Shown: positions 47,026 through 55,255 of the stretch, in pieces | How the letters are laid out: every line of letters begins with the position of its first letter | Numbering within the stretch: the stretch's first letter is position 1 | Assembly: GCA_021813405.1 (NCBI GenBank) | Contig: JAKAKS010000038.1 | Coordinates: 42,630 to 106,629, forward strand | Direction of reading: 5' to 3' | Source of the DNA: Nitrospirota bacterium | Lineage (GTDB): Bacteria; Nitrospirota; Thermodesulfovibrionia; Thermodesulfovibrionales; JdFR-88 | DNA: 64,000 bases | Made by a program: the position numbers and the translations under genes | The notes under the pieces: generated by a model | Seen by the model: the letters and a program-made list of their open reading frames with translations, nothing else | Told to the model about the DNA's origin: nothing | Database searches by the model: none

Positions 47026-47469
47026 ATGAAGACGTTTGCGAAGGACATCTCAAGGAGAAACTTTTACAGGGCGGTTGTGTGGGGTTCCGTGCTGCTTGCG
47101 GCGGCCCTGATGCTGCTAGTTGCCAGGCCTATCCTGGCGCGGGCGCATGAGCCGGGCACAGACGCGGACAGGGCAGCGATGATAACGGCCAGGCTGAAAG
47201 ACAAGCTCAACCTCAATGCCAGTCAGGAGGCGCAAATAAAGGCGGCCATCCAGGACAGCATGAAAAAACGGAAGGAGATAAGGCAAGAGGCCGAGGCCCT
47301 CCGCCATTCCACCATCCGGAAGATTGAGGCCGTCCTGGACCCCAAACAGTTAAAGGAGCTCAAGGAGATTAAGGAAAGGCATTTCCGCAGGATGCGGCGG
47401 CATATGCGCTGCCGGCGGCGTGAGCAGATGAGCGGTTGGGGCGGACGGCACTGTGGCTGTAATGATTGA
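47026..47469 (+). CDS. CpxP/Spy-family (LTXXQ-type) periplasmic protein with Tat-like signal and Cys/His/Arg-rich tail
   Basis: AAGGAGG lies 4 nt upstream of ATG 47026. The N-terminus MKTFAKDISRRNFYRAVVWGSVLLAAALMLLVARPILARA carries SRRNFYR, close to the Tat consensus S/T-R-R-x-F-L-K. LTXXQ-like motifs are LNASQ and LDPKQ. The tail reads HFRRMRRHMRCRRREQMSGWGGRHCGCND. Confidence 0.6.
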   Translation: MKTFAKDISRRNFYRAVVWGSVLLAAALMLLVARPILARAHEPGTDADRAAMITARLKDKLNLNASQEAQIKAAIQDSMKKRKEIRQEAEALRHSTIRKIEAVLDPKQLKELKEIKERHFRRMRRHMRCRRREQMSGWGGRHCGCND

Positions 47470-47491
47470 AAGATTCTTTTTACCGGGGAGT

Positions 47492-47569
47492 CCGGCGGCC
47501 GCAGGCCGCCGGAACCTCTTCTTGAAGGCCCCGGCCCCCATTGGCGCGCGTGCCGGGGCCTTCAAGAAG
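47492..47569 (+). terminator. Two tandem GC-rich hairpins after the cpxP-like gene
   Basis: CCGGCGGCC-gca-GGCCGCCGG (47492-47512), and a perfect 18-bp stem CTTCTTGAAGGCCCCGGC / GCCGGGGCCTTCAAGAAG (47518-47535 with 47552-47569). Neither is followed by a clean U-tract. Confidence 0.4.
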
Positions 47570-47579
47570 TTGGCCGGTC

Positions 47580-47631
47580 TTGACTTCAAACGTAAGGCGT
47601 TTTATTATAAACAACAGTTTTAAACGATTGT
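47580..47631 (+). promoter_or_regulatory. Putative sigma-70 promoter and palindromic operator of the tetR-efflux operon
   Basis: TTGACT (47580-47585), 17-nt spacer, TATTAT (47603-47608). The imperfect palindrome ACAAcaGTTT-T-AAACgaTTGT (47611-47631) follows directly. Confidence 0.4.
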
Positions 47632-47648
47632 ATTAAACGGAGGATTTG

Positions 47649-48386
47649 ATGGGCCGGCAAGCGGCGGCCCCGGAAAGCCGGAAACTTTCCGCGGGCGAAA
47701 CGGCTGAGGACGCAAGGACGCACATACTGGACGCGGCGGAGGCCCTCTTTGAAAACGAGGGGTACAGGGCCGCTTCCGTGCGGGCGATAACTGCCAAAGC
47801 CGGGGTGAACCTGGCCGCCATAAATTATTATTTTGGCAACAAGGAGGCCCTGCTGGAGGCCGTATGCCAGCGGCGTCTTGGCCCGCTGAACGAGGCCAGG
47901 CTCAGGAAGCTTAAGGAGATAAGGGCCGGGGCCAGGCGGGTTGGGCGCAAGGTGGAACTTCAGCCGGTGCTGAGGGCGTTCATGGCGCCCGCCCTGCTGC
48001 TTAAGGAGTCCGGCGGCAGCGCGGCCGGATTCCCCGCGCTTTTTGGCAGAGCCCTTGCGGACCCCGACGATACCGTGCAAAGGATCATCTTTAAAATGAT
48101 GAAACCGGTCCACCAGCTGATGCTGGAGATGATGGGAGAGGCCCTGCCGGGGGTTTCCAGGGAAGAGGTCTTCTGGAGATACCAGTTTGTGATAGGGGCA
48201 ATGGCAAGGGCAACCCGCGTGTACAAGAACCCTAGATTCAGGGGGGCGGGCCTTGAGGACCCAGGCCCGGAGGGCGGCGTAAACACGCTGATAGACCGGC
48301 TGGTCTCTTTCACATTGGCCGGGGCGCAGGCAGCGCCCGGAATGAATATCAAATGCAAAAAAAATTCCGCACCGGAGTCCATATGA
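47649..48386 (+). CDS. TetR/AcrR-family transcriptional regulator
   Basis: HTH region ..ILDAAEALFENEGYRAASVRAITAKAGVNLAAINYYFGNKEALLEAV.. GGAGGA precedes ATG 47649. Confidence 0.85.
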   Translation: MGRQAAAPESRKLSAGETAEDARTHILDAAEALFENEGYRAASVRAITAKAGVNLAAINYYFGNKEALLEAVCQRRLGPLNEARLRKLKEIRAGARRVGRKVELQPVLRAFMAPALLLKESGGSAAGFPALFGRALADPDDTVQRIIFKMMKPVHQLMLEMMGEALPGVSREEVFWRYQFVIGAMARATRVYKNPRFRGAGLEDPGPEGGVNTLIDRLVSFTLAGAQAAPGMNIKCKKNSAPESI

Positions 48387-49759
48387 ATAGAACCTGTCTC
48401 AAAATCGTTTCTGGCCGTCCCGCCATGGCGGGACGGAAATCGCTTCACCTTATGGCCCTGAGCCTTGCCGTTTGCGCCGCGCTTGCCGTGCCTGGCTTTT
48501 CGATAAACGCCAACGCGGCAATGCCTGCCGCGCCGGCCGTACCCATAACAAACGGCACAACCCTTACTCTGGAAAACTGCATCGGCATTGCGCTGCAACG
48601 GAACCCTGCGGAGTTGGCCGCGGGCAGCACCGCCCGGGCAGCAAAAAGCAGGGTAGGTGAGGCGCAGTCCGCTTATTACCCGCAGCTGAACTGGCAGACG
48701 GATTATTCCAGACAGTCCTATTCGGCGCCCGTGGGCAGTTCAGGCCGCATCGGTGGCGCTTTCGAGGACATCTCCACCGGGCCGGCCCTTACGCAGAACA
48801 TTTATGATTTCGGCAGGACATCCTCGCAGGTAAACATAGCAAAATACAACCTGGTATCCTCCAGGCAGGATTTTGAGACACAGACAAACACGATAATACT
48901 GAATGTAAAAACCTCATACTATGGCGTCCTGCAGGCCCAGAAGGCCGAGGCGGCCGCTGAGGAAGTGGTGAAGCAAAACCAGCTCCATCTTACCCAGGCC
49001 CAGGGCTTCTTCAAGGCCGGCACCAAGCCCAAGATAGACGTGACAAACGCCCAGGTGAACCTGAGCAATGCGCAGTTAAGCCTCATACAGGCGCAAAACG
49101 CCGTAATGATAGCCTGGCAGAACCTGGACAACGCTATGGGCGTGCCTGACGCTCCGCAATACAGCATAGTGGACAATCTGGTGTTTAAGCCGTATGCGAT
49201 AACATTCGAGAACGCCCTTGCAACCGCTTACAAGAACAGGCCGGACCTCAAGTCCATCCATGCCAAAACAATGTCCGCTGAACAGTCGCTGAGGTTTGCC
49301 AGGGCGGGTTACGACCCTTACATAAGCGGCAGCGCGGGTTACACGTGGAGCGGGGACCTGTTTCCGATGGAGCACGGCTGGGACGTGGGCGCTTCCCTTA
49401 CGGTGCCGATATTCAGCGGCTTCCTTACTAAAAAGCAGGTTCACGAGGCGCAGGCCAATCTGGATGTTGCAAAGGCAAACGAGGAAAACCTCCGGCAGAG
49501 CATTTATCTTCAGGCCAGGCAGGCATATCTGAATTTGAAGCAGGCGGAAAGCAGCGTCCCCACCGCCAGGGAGGGGCTTGAACAGGCAAAAGAGAACCTG
49601 GCGCTGGCAAACGGGCGCTATGCGGCGGGCGTGGGCAGCCAGGTGGATGTTACGGATGCGCTTACATCTTACAGCACTGCGCAGACGGCTTACATAAACG
49701 CGCTTTATAATCATTTGACGGCGGAGGCCAATCTGGAAAACGCGATGGGGGTCAGGTAA
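48383..49759 (+). CDS. TolC-family outer membrane efflux protein
   Basis: Signal peptide (..ALAVPGFSINANA), then two repeats of the TolC helical/beta pattern (..LTLENCIGIALQRNP.., ..YYPQL.., ..AGVGSQVDVTDA..). ATGA overlap with tetR. Confidence 0.85.
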   Translation: MNRTCLKIVSGRPAMAGRKSLHLMALSLAVCAALAVPGFSINANAAMPAAPAVPITNGTTLTLENCIGIALQRNPAELAAGSTARAAKSRVGEAQSAYYPQLNWQTDYSRQSYSAPVGSSGRIGGAFEDISTGPALTQNIYDFGRTSSQVNIAKYNLVSSRQDFETQTNTIILNVKTSYYGVLQAQKAEAAAEEVVKQNQLHLTQAQGFFKAGTKPKIDVTNAQVNLSNAQLSLIQAQNAVMIAWQNLDNAMGVPDAPQYSIVDNLVFKPYAITFENALATAYKNRPDLKSIHAKTMSAEQSLRFARAGYDPYISGSAGYTWSGDLFPMEHGWDVGASLTVPIFSGFLTKKQVHEAQANLDVAKANEENLRQSIYLQARQAYLNLKQAESSVPTAREGLEQAKENLALANGRYAAGVGSQVDVTDALTSYSTAQTAYINALYNHLTAEANLENAMGVR

Positions 49760-50940
49760 TGCAAAAGAAGAGCAAGATGATTTATATACTGGCGGCCATT
49801 GTGCTGGCCTTTGCGGCCGTGGTCTTTTTTGTGAAAAGGGACGGGCAGAAAGGTCCGCTTTATAAAACTCAGACCGTAACCAGGGGTGACATAAAGGCCA
49901 CTGTTACGGCAACCGGCACGGTAAATCCAGTTGTCAACGTATCTGTTGGAACGCAGGTGTCGGGCACCATAAAGAAGCTTTACGCGGATTTTAATTCCAA
50001 AGTAAAAAAAGGGCAGCTCCTTGCTCTTATAGACCCTGCCACTTTTGAAGCGCAGGTAGGCCAGGCCCAGGCCAATCTCTTTTCGGCCCAGGCCAATCTG
50101 GACAAGGCCAAAGCCACGGAGGTCGACGCCAAAAGGACCATGCTGCGCAATAAAACACTGCTGGCCCAAAATCTGGTTGCCCAGAGCGATTTTGATACGG
50201 CCCAGACAAATTACCTGACGGCCCAGGCCTCCACCGAGGCGGCGAAAGGGCAGGTGCGGCAGGCGCAGGCTGCGCTGAAGGTGGCCCAGACCAATCTTGC
50301 ATATACAAAAATAGTGTCCCCGGTGGACGGCACCGTGGTCTCCAGGAACGTGGACGTGGGGCAGACCGTGGCCGCAAGCTTCCAGACCCCCACGCTTTTT
50401 ACTATCGCCAGGGATTTAAGGAAAATGCAGATAGACACCAGCGTGAACGAGGCGGACGTAGGCGGCATCCGGACAGGGCAGGCTGTGGAGTTTACGGTGG
50501 ACGCCTATCCGGATTCAATATTCAAGGGCAAGGTGTCGCAGGTAAGGATCGCCCCGATAACGGTGCAGAACGTGGTTACCTATGATGTGGTAATTACCGT
50601 GGACAATTCGGACCTGCGCCTTATACCGGGCATGACCGCGAACGTCTCGATAATTACCGATGTGGAAAAGAACGTGCTTAGGGTGCCAAATGCCGCATTG
50701 CGTTTCCGCATGCCTGGCAAAACGGCGGGCCAGGGAGCAGGCGGCGCGGGGGGCGGCCAGGTAGTATGGGCGCTGGCCGGCGTAAAGCCCGTGCCTGTAA
50801 GGATAAAGCCGGGCCTTTCCGATGGCAACTATACGCAGGTGGTTTCCGGGCGCCTGCCCGAAGGCGCCAAGGTGATCGTGGAGGCGCTTGAAAAGGGTAA
50901 GACCGGCGAGCGCAGGCCCGGAGTGATGATGTTCCATTAA
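49759..50940 (+). CDS. macA: Efflux periplasmic adaptor (HlyD/MacA family)
   Basis: N-terminal TM anchor, lipoyl/barrel motifs (..VSGTIKKLYADFNSKVKKGQLLALIDP.., ..IVSPVDGTVVSRNVDVGQTV..) and a coiled coil in between. Confidence 0.8.
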   Translation: MQKKSKMIYILAAIVLAFAAVVFFVKRDGQKGPLYKTQTVTRGDIKATVTATGTVNPVVNVSVGTQVSGTIKKLYADFNSKVKKGQLLALIDPATFEAQVGQAQANLFSAQANLDKAKATEVDAKRTMLRNKTLLAQNLVAQSDFDTAQTNYLTAQASTEAAKGQVRQAQAALKVAQTNLAYTKIVSPVDGTVVSRNVDVGQTVAASFQTPTLFTIARDLRKMQIDTSVNEADVGGIRTGQAVEFTVDAYPDSIFKGKVSQVRIAPITVQNVVTYDVVITVDNSDLRLIPGMTANVSIITDVEKNVLRVPNAALRFRMPGKTAGQGAGGAGGGQVVWALAGVKPVPVRIKPGLSDGNYTQVVSGRLPEGAKVIVEALEKGKTGERRPGVMMFH

Positions 50941-50957
50941 CGGAACGGTCAGAAAAA

Positions 50958-51668
50958 ATGGCGCTGATAGAGGCAAAGAGCATTAGCAAGGTTTACACTA
51001 TGGGCGATATAGAGGTGAACGCCCTGAAGGGCGTATCATTGTCCATTGCCAAAGGGGAGTTCGTCTCCGTAATGGGCGCGTCGGGTTCAGGCAAATCCAC
51101 CTTCATGAACATACTTGGCTGCCTGGACAAGCCCACCGGCGGGAAATACCTGCTTGAAGACGTCGACGTTTCCGGAATGGGCCGCGACGAACTGGCCGAT
51201 ATAAGGAACCGCAAGATAGGGTTTGTATTCCAGGGGTTCAACCTGCTGCCCAGGACTACCGCACTCGAAAACGTGGAGCTGCCGATGTTTTACAAGGGGG
51301 TGCCGGCAAAAGAGAGGATGGGCCGGGCGATGGAGGCCCTCAAGAAAGTGGGGCTGGAAAAACGGGAGATGCATTATCCAAACCAGCTTTCGGGCGGCCA
51401 GCAGCAGAGAGTGGCTATAGCAAGGGCGCTTGTAAACGAGGCCCCGATAATACTTGCTGATGAGCCCACGGGCAACCTGGACACCAAAACCAGCGTGGAG
51501 ATAATGGAGCTATTCGTGGAGCTTAACAACACCGCAGGCATTACCATCATCCTTGTCACGCACGAGCCGGACATAGCGGAATTCAGCAAGCGGACCATAA
51601 AATTTCTGGACGGCCGTGTGATATCGGACGAAATGACGGCTTCAAGAAGGGCGCGGGCCAATGGTTAA
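50958..51668 (+). CDS. macB: MacB-type ABC transporter ATP-binding protein
   Basis: [40 protein letters not shown]; typical of the MacB/LolD ATPase class. Confidence 0.9.
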   Translation: MALIEAKSISKVYTMGDIEVNALKGVSLSIAKGEFVSVMGASGSGKSTFMNILGCLDKPTGGKYLLEDVDVSGMGRDELADIRNRKIGFVFQGFNLLPRTTALENVELPMFYKGVPAKERMGRAMEALKKVGLEKREMHYPNQLSGGQQQRVAIARALVNEAPIILADEPTGNLDTKTSVEIMELFVELNNTAGITIILVTHEPDIAEFSKRTIKFLDGRVISDEMTASRRARANG

Positions 51669-52890
51669 CCTGCCGTTTACCGCAGCCCTGGCCTTCCGCA
51701 CGCTCCGGGTGAACAAGATGCGCTCCCTTCTTACGATGCTTGGCATTATAATCGGGGTGGGCGCGGTCATAGCCATGCTTGCCGTGGGCACCGGGGCCAC
51801 CCAGCAGATAACCGCCCAGATATCCAGCATGGGCAGCAACCTGCTCATAATCCTTCCGGGCAGCACAACATCCGGCGGGCTGAGAATGGGCGCTGGAACG
51901 CAGCCTACGCTTACCACCTTTGATTCCGACGCAATAGAGGAAGACGCCCCGGCCGTGGCCGCCGCCGCCCCGGTATTGAGCGGCAGCGCCCAGGTGATAT
52001 ACGGCAACCAGAACTGGTCCACCGTGGTGTCCGGCACCACGCCAAGCATGCTCTACGTGCGGGACTGGCAACTTGCCGAGGGCAGGCCGTTTTCCGATGC
52101 CGACGTGAAGAACGCCACAAAGGTATGCCTGATGGGGCAGACGGTGGTGGACAATCTTTTTGGCGGGGAGGACCCGCTTGGCAAAACGGTGCAGATAAAG
52201 GGAGTGCCGTTCCAGGTTATAGGGGTGCTGGCGGTAAAAGGCCAGTCCGTTATGGGGCAGGACCAGGACGACACTATTTACGTCCCGGTAACCACGGCGC
52301 AAAGAAAGCTCTTCGGCACGGCGTTTCCGGGCATGGTCCGCGTGATAATGATAAAGGCCAGAAGCACGGCGGACTTAAACGCCGCGCAGGACCAGATAAA
52401 CGCCCTGCTGAGACAGCGGCACCACATAATGCCGGGCCAGGACGACGATTTTACGGTCAGGAACCTTACCCAGATGATGCAGGCCGCGGAGCAGTCCACC
52501 AAGATAATGACCCTGCTTCTTGGGGCCATCGCATCCGTGTCGCTGCTGGTGGGCGGCATAGGGATAATGAACATCATGCTGGTATCCGTTACCGAGAGGA
52601 CCAGGGAGATAGGCATCCGCATGGCCATAGGCGCAAAGACGTGGGACATAAGGATACAGTTCATAGCCGAGGCCCTCATAATGTCCCTGATAGGCGGGAT
52701 TATCGGTATAGCGCTGGGCGTCGCCGGTTCCAGCGCGATCTCAAAAATAGCGGGCTGGCCCGCGGTGGTGTCGCCTTTCTCCGCGCTGCTTGCCTTTGGT
52801 TTTTCGGGGGCCGTGGGGATATTCTTCGGGTTTTATCCGGCGTACAAGGCGTCTTTGCTGGACCCGATAGACGCGCTTAGATACGAGTAA
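51661..52890 (+). CDS. MacB/FtsX-family ABC transporter permease (separate polypeptide)
   Basis: TM1, then a large periplasmic domain, then 3 TMs. C-terminal FtsX motif ..TERTREIGIRMAIGA.. Overlaps the ATPase gene by 8 nt. Confidence 0.85.
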   Translation: MVNLPFTAALAFRTLRVNKMRSLLTMLGIIIGVGAVIAMLAVGTGATQQITAQISSMGSNLLIILPGSTTSGGLRMGAGTQPTLTTFDSDAIEEDAPAVAAAAPVLSGSAQVIYGNQNWSTVVSGTTPSMLYVRDWQLAEGRPFSDADVKNATKVCLMGQTVVDNLFGGEDPLGKTVQIKGVPFQVIGVLAVKGQSVMGQDQDDTIYVPVTTAQRKLFGTAFPGMVRVIMIKARSTADLNAAQDQINALLRQRHHIMPGQDDDFTVRNLTQMMQAAEQSTKIMTLLLGAIASVSLLVGGIGIMNIMLVSVTERTREIGIRMAIGAKTWDIRIQFIAEALIMSLIGGIIGIALGVAGSSAISKIAGWPAVVSPFSALLAFGFSGAVGIFFGFYPAYKASLLDPIDALRYE

Positions 52891-53019
52891 CAGCAGAACC
52901 CCTCGCCATTTTCCCGTATGCCCGTCAGGTCCATGCGCATCAACCCAGCCGGTGCTGCCGTTTCAGTTTGGCTGCCTTTAGCGGAATGGAGTTTTTGCGA
53001 AAGCCCGGAATTGCTGTTT

Positions 53020-54594
53020 TTAACCGGGCCGCAGGGAGGCCGTGCAAGAGGCTTTTAGTACGGGCTTGCCGCCGGAGATGTCGAAAATACGGGTAGTCAG
53101 ATCGTAACCGCTCAAGCCGCTGAAAGCTATCTTGGCCAGGTATTTGACATGTTGCGACCGCATATAATCCAGCATTTTGCCGTTCATCATATTCAACGGT
53201 ATTACAAAGCCATGCCTGTCTGCATAGTACATCGGCACTGGATAGTATGTGGTGCTTAGATTTACGTGATCGCTTGGGTAAACGATGGCTACCAGTTTGC
53301 CTGTTTCTGTGTTCTGGTGTATGAAATTCCCTATCTCGGCCAGGAAATTTGTTCCGAAATAGGAATAGAGCGTATCCTTGTAAAAGTACTTTGAAATAGA
53401 AAATCCCGCAAGAATAAACACTGTTGCGATGATCGCTGCAGAGGCGGCTGCAATTGTTTTGCCCGTGAATTTTTTCAGTAAATCCATCAGGTATCCACCT
53501 CCCGCTCCGCAGAAAATTGAGAGGACCGGGCAAAATGGCAAAAGATAATAATTGTGCACAACAAACAAATTAAACGCCATCATAGCAACCAGGCACAAGG
53601 AAATGAGCCAGGCTAGCAGGAAGGCAAAAGATTCCTTCTCTTTTTTTGCCAGGCGAATTGCCCCGATCGCAAAAAAGACTGTCCCCATGGGGGTCAGTAC
53701 GTACATAGCCAGCCTTCTTAAAATGGTCAGGTAATTGGCCGGATCCAGCCTCTGCGCGAGCGTGCCGAAATACCATGCGTTGAATGGATGGAGAGTGACT
53801 ACAATAGTAGGGTAGACATTATTGAACGGATAAGCGTCCTTATGGACATAGGTCTCATTAACAAAGTTTGCATGGCGCTGCCATATTACCATGACCACGA
53901 ATGGAACTAAAAAAGACAGCAGCAGCCTGGGGGCAAATAAATCGCCAATCTTTTTGTTCCTGCTCCATGCCAGGTAAAAGACAGGCAAGAAAAGCGGCGC
54001 CACGAATGGGCTTTTCATCATGAAACCCAGGCTGGCGGCTAAAATGCCCATGATCAGAAAAACGTTTTTGCCGGTTATCCCCCCGATCAGGAAATCAAGC
54101 ATTACAAGCGAAAAGAGAACTGTAAGCGGGTCCTGCATGGGCGTTCTCTGGAAAAAGATATCAAGCGGCATGAAAGCGAAGCAGAGCGCGGCAAAAACGG
54201 AAGATTTTTTATCGAGAAACCTGGATGATATCCGGTAAACGAAAAAAATGGAAACTAGCCCGATAAAAATTGTAAAAAACCTGGCAACTATTATATCGGG
54301 TGTAAACAGTTTGTATAACAGCGCGGCAGCAGCCGTATATAACGGAAATTCCTGCACCATATATCCCGGTTTGCCCAATGTTATTTTTGTAGGGTAAAGA
54401 ATGTTTATGCCGTGCCTGTAATAATCCCGTATAAGGCCGGCGTTTGCTGTTTGCTTGAAAGCGTGCATGTCGTCAATGAGATAAGTGATATGGTACAGCC
54501 GTGCGATCAGCGCCAGAAAAATTACCGCCAAGAGCCAAAACCAGGATTTGGAGAGCCATGCTGCGGGTTTCTTCAGATTTTCCTCGCCTGACAT
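53020..54594 (-). CDS. GT-C fold glycosyltransferase, family 39/83 (ArnT/PMT-like)
   Basis: 524 aa with about 11-12 TM segments. The first-loop acidic motif (..HITYLIDDMHAFKQ..) and the overall topology resemble ArnT/PMT_2 proteins. Confidence 0.65.
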   Translation of the reverse strand: MSGEENLKKPAAWLSKSWFWLLAVIFLALIARLYHITYLIDDMHAFKQTANAGLIRDYYRHGINILYPTKITLGKPGYMVQEFPLYTAAAALLYKLFTPDIIVARFFTIFIGLVSIFFVYRISSRFLDKKSSVFAALCFAFMPLDIFFQRTPMQDPLTVLFSLVMLDFLIGGITGKNVFLIMGILAASLGFMMKSPFVAPLFLPVFYLAWSRNKKIGDLFAPRLLLSFLVPFVVMVIWQRHANFVNETYVHKDAYPFNNVYPTIVVTLHPFNAWYFGTLAQRLDPANYLTILRRLAMYVLTPMGTVFFAIGAIRLAKKEKESFAFLLAWLISLCLVAMMAFNLFVVHNYYLLPFCPVLSIFCGAGGGYLMDLLKKFTGKTIAAASAAIIATVFILAGFSISKYFYKDTLYSYFGTNFLAEIGNFIHQNTETGKLVAIVYPSDHVNLSTTYYPVPMYYADRHGFVIPLNMMNGKMLDYMRSQHVKYLAKIAFSGLSGYDLTTRIFDISGGKPVLKASCTASLRPG

Positions 54595-54600
54595 CGGTAG

Positions 54601-54630
54601 ATTATAACCAGACCTGTCTTTTTATGTAAA
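54601..54630 (-). promoter_or_regulatory. Putative sigma-70 promoter giving a leaderless GT39 mRNA
   Basis: The minus strand reads TTTACA (54630-54625), 18-nt spacer, TATAAT (54606-54601). Only 6 nt (CTACCG) separate the -10 from ATG 54594. Confidence 0.35.
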
Positions 54631-54780
54631 GCGCAGCCAGGCATTTTTTAAGCGTTTCCGCATGCCTTTTTTACGCTGGCAATTAAGGCAACATTCCGCT
54701 TTCATGCTCTTTTTTGGCGTCAAAGAGGCGGGGCTAAAGGCATGGCCACATTCGGTTGTCCGCCGTTTTAGATTTTTGCC

Positions 54781-55221
54781 TTACTCTATTGCGACCAGCT
54801 GGACTTCGAAGGTGAGGTCTTTTCCGGCAAGCGGGTGGTTTGCATCCACCACCACCACGGCATCGGACACCTCGGTAATCATTACATCTATCATGCCGCC
54901 GTCGGGCTGCCGCATCGAAAGGTTAAGCCCCACTTCGGGCTTTATGCTGGGCGGGAACTGGTCCCTGCGGAACCTGGCAACAAGGTCGTCGCGGCGCTCA
55001 CCGTAGGCATCGGCGCTGGGGATGCGTACCGTCTTGCTCTGGCCTATCTCCATGCCGTCCACCGCGTCGTCAAACCCCTTTATCACCTGCCGCCTGCCAA
55101 GCGTAAACTCAAGCGGGCTGCGCCCGGCCGATGAATCGAATACCGTGCCGTCATCGAACTTGCCGGTATAGTTTACCTTTACCTTATCGCCTTTTTTTGC
55201 CGTCTTTTTATCTTCAGGCAT
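54781..55221 (-). CDS. FKBP-type peptidyl-prolyl cis-trans isomerase (SlyD-like, with IF insert, no His-rich tail)
   Basis: ..GDKVKVNYTGKFDDGTVFDSS..PLEFTLGRRQVIKGFDDAV..HPLAGKDLTFEVQLVAIE. Confidence 0.85.
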   Translation of the reverse strand: MPEDKKTAKKGDKVKVNYTGKFDDGTVFDSSAGRSPLEFTLGRRQVIKGFDDAVDGMEIGQSKTVRIPSADAYGERRDDLVARFRRDQFPPSIKPEVGLNLSMRQPDGGMIDVMITEVSDAVVVVDANHPLAGKDLTFEVQLVAIE

Positions 55222-55255
55222 TTGGGAAAACCTCCATTTTTGGCTGAATGCTCTA

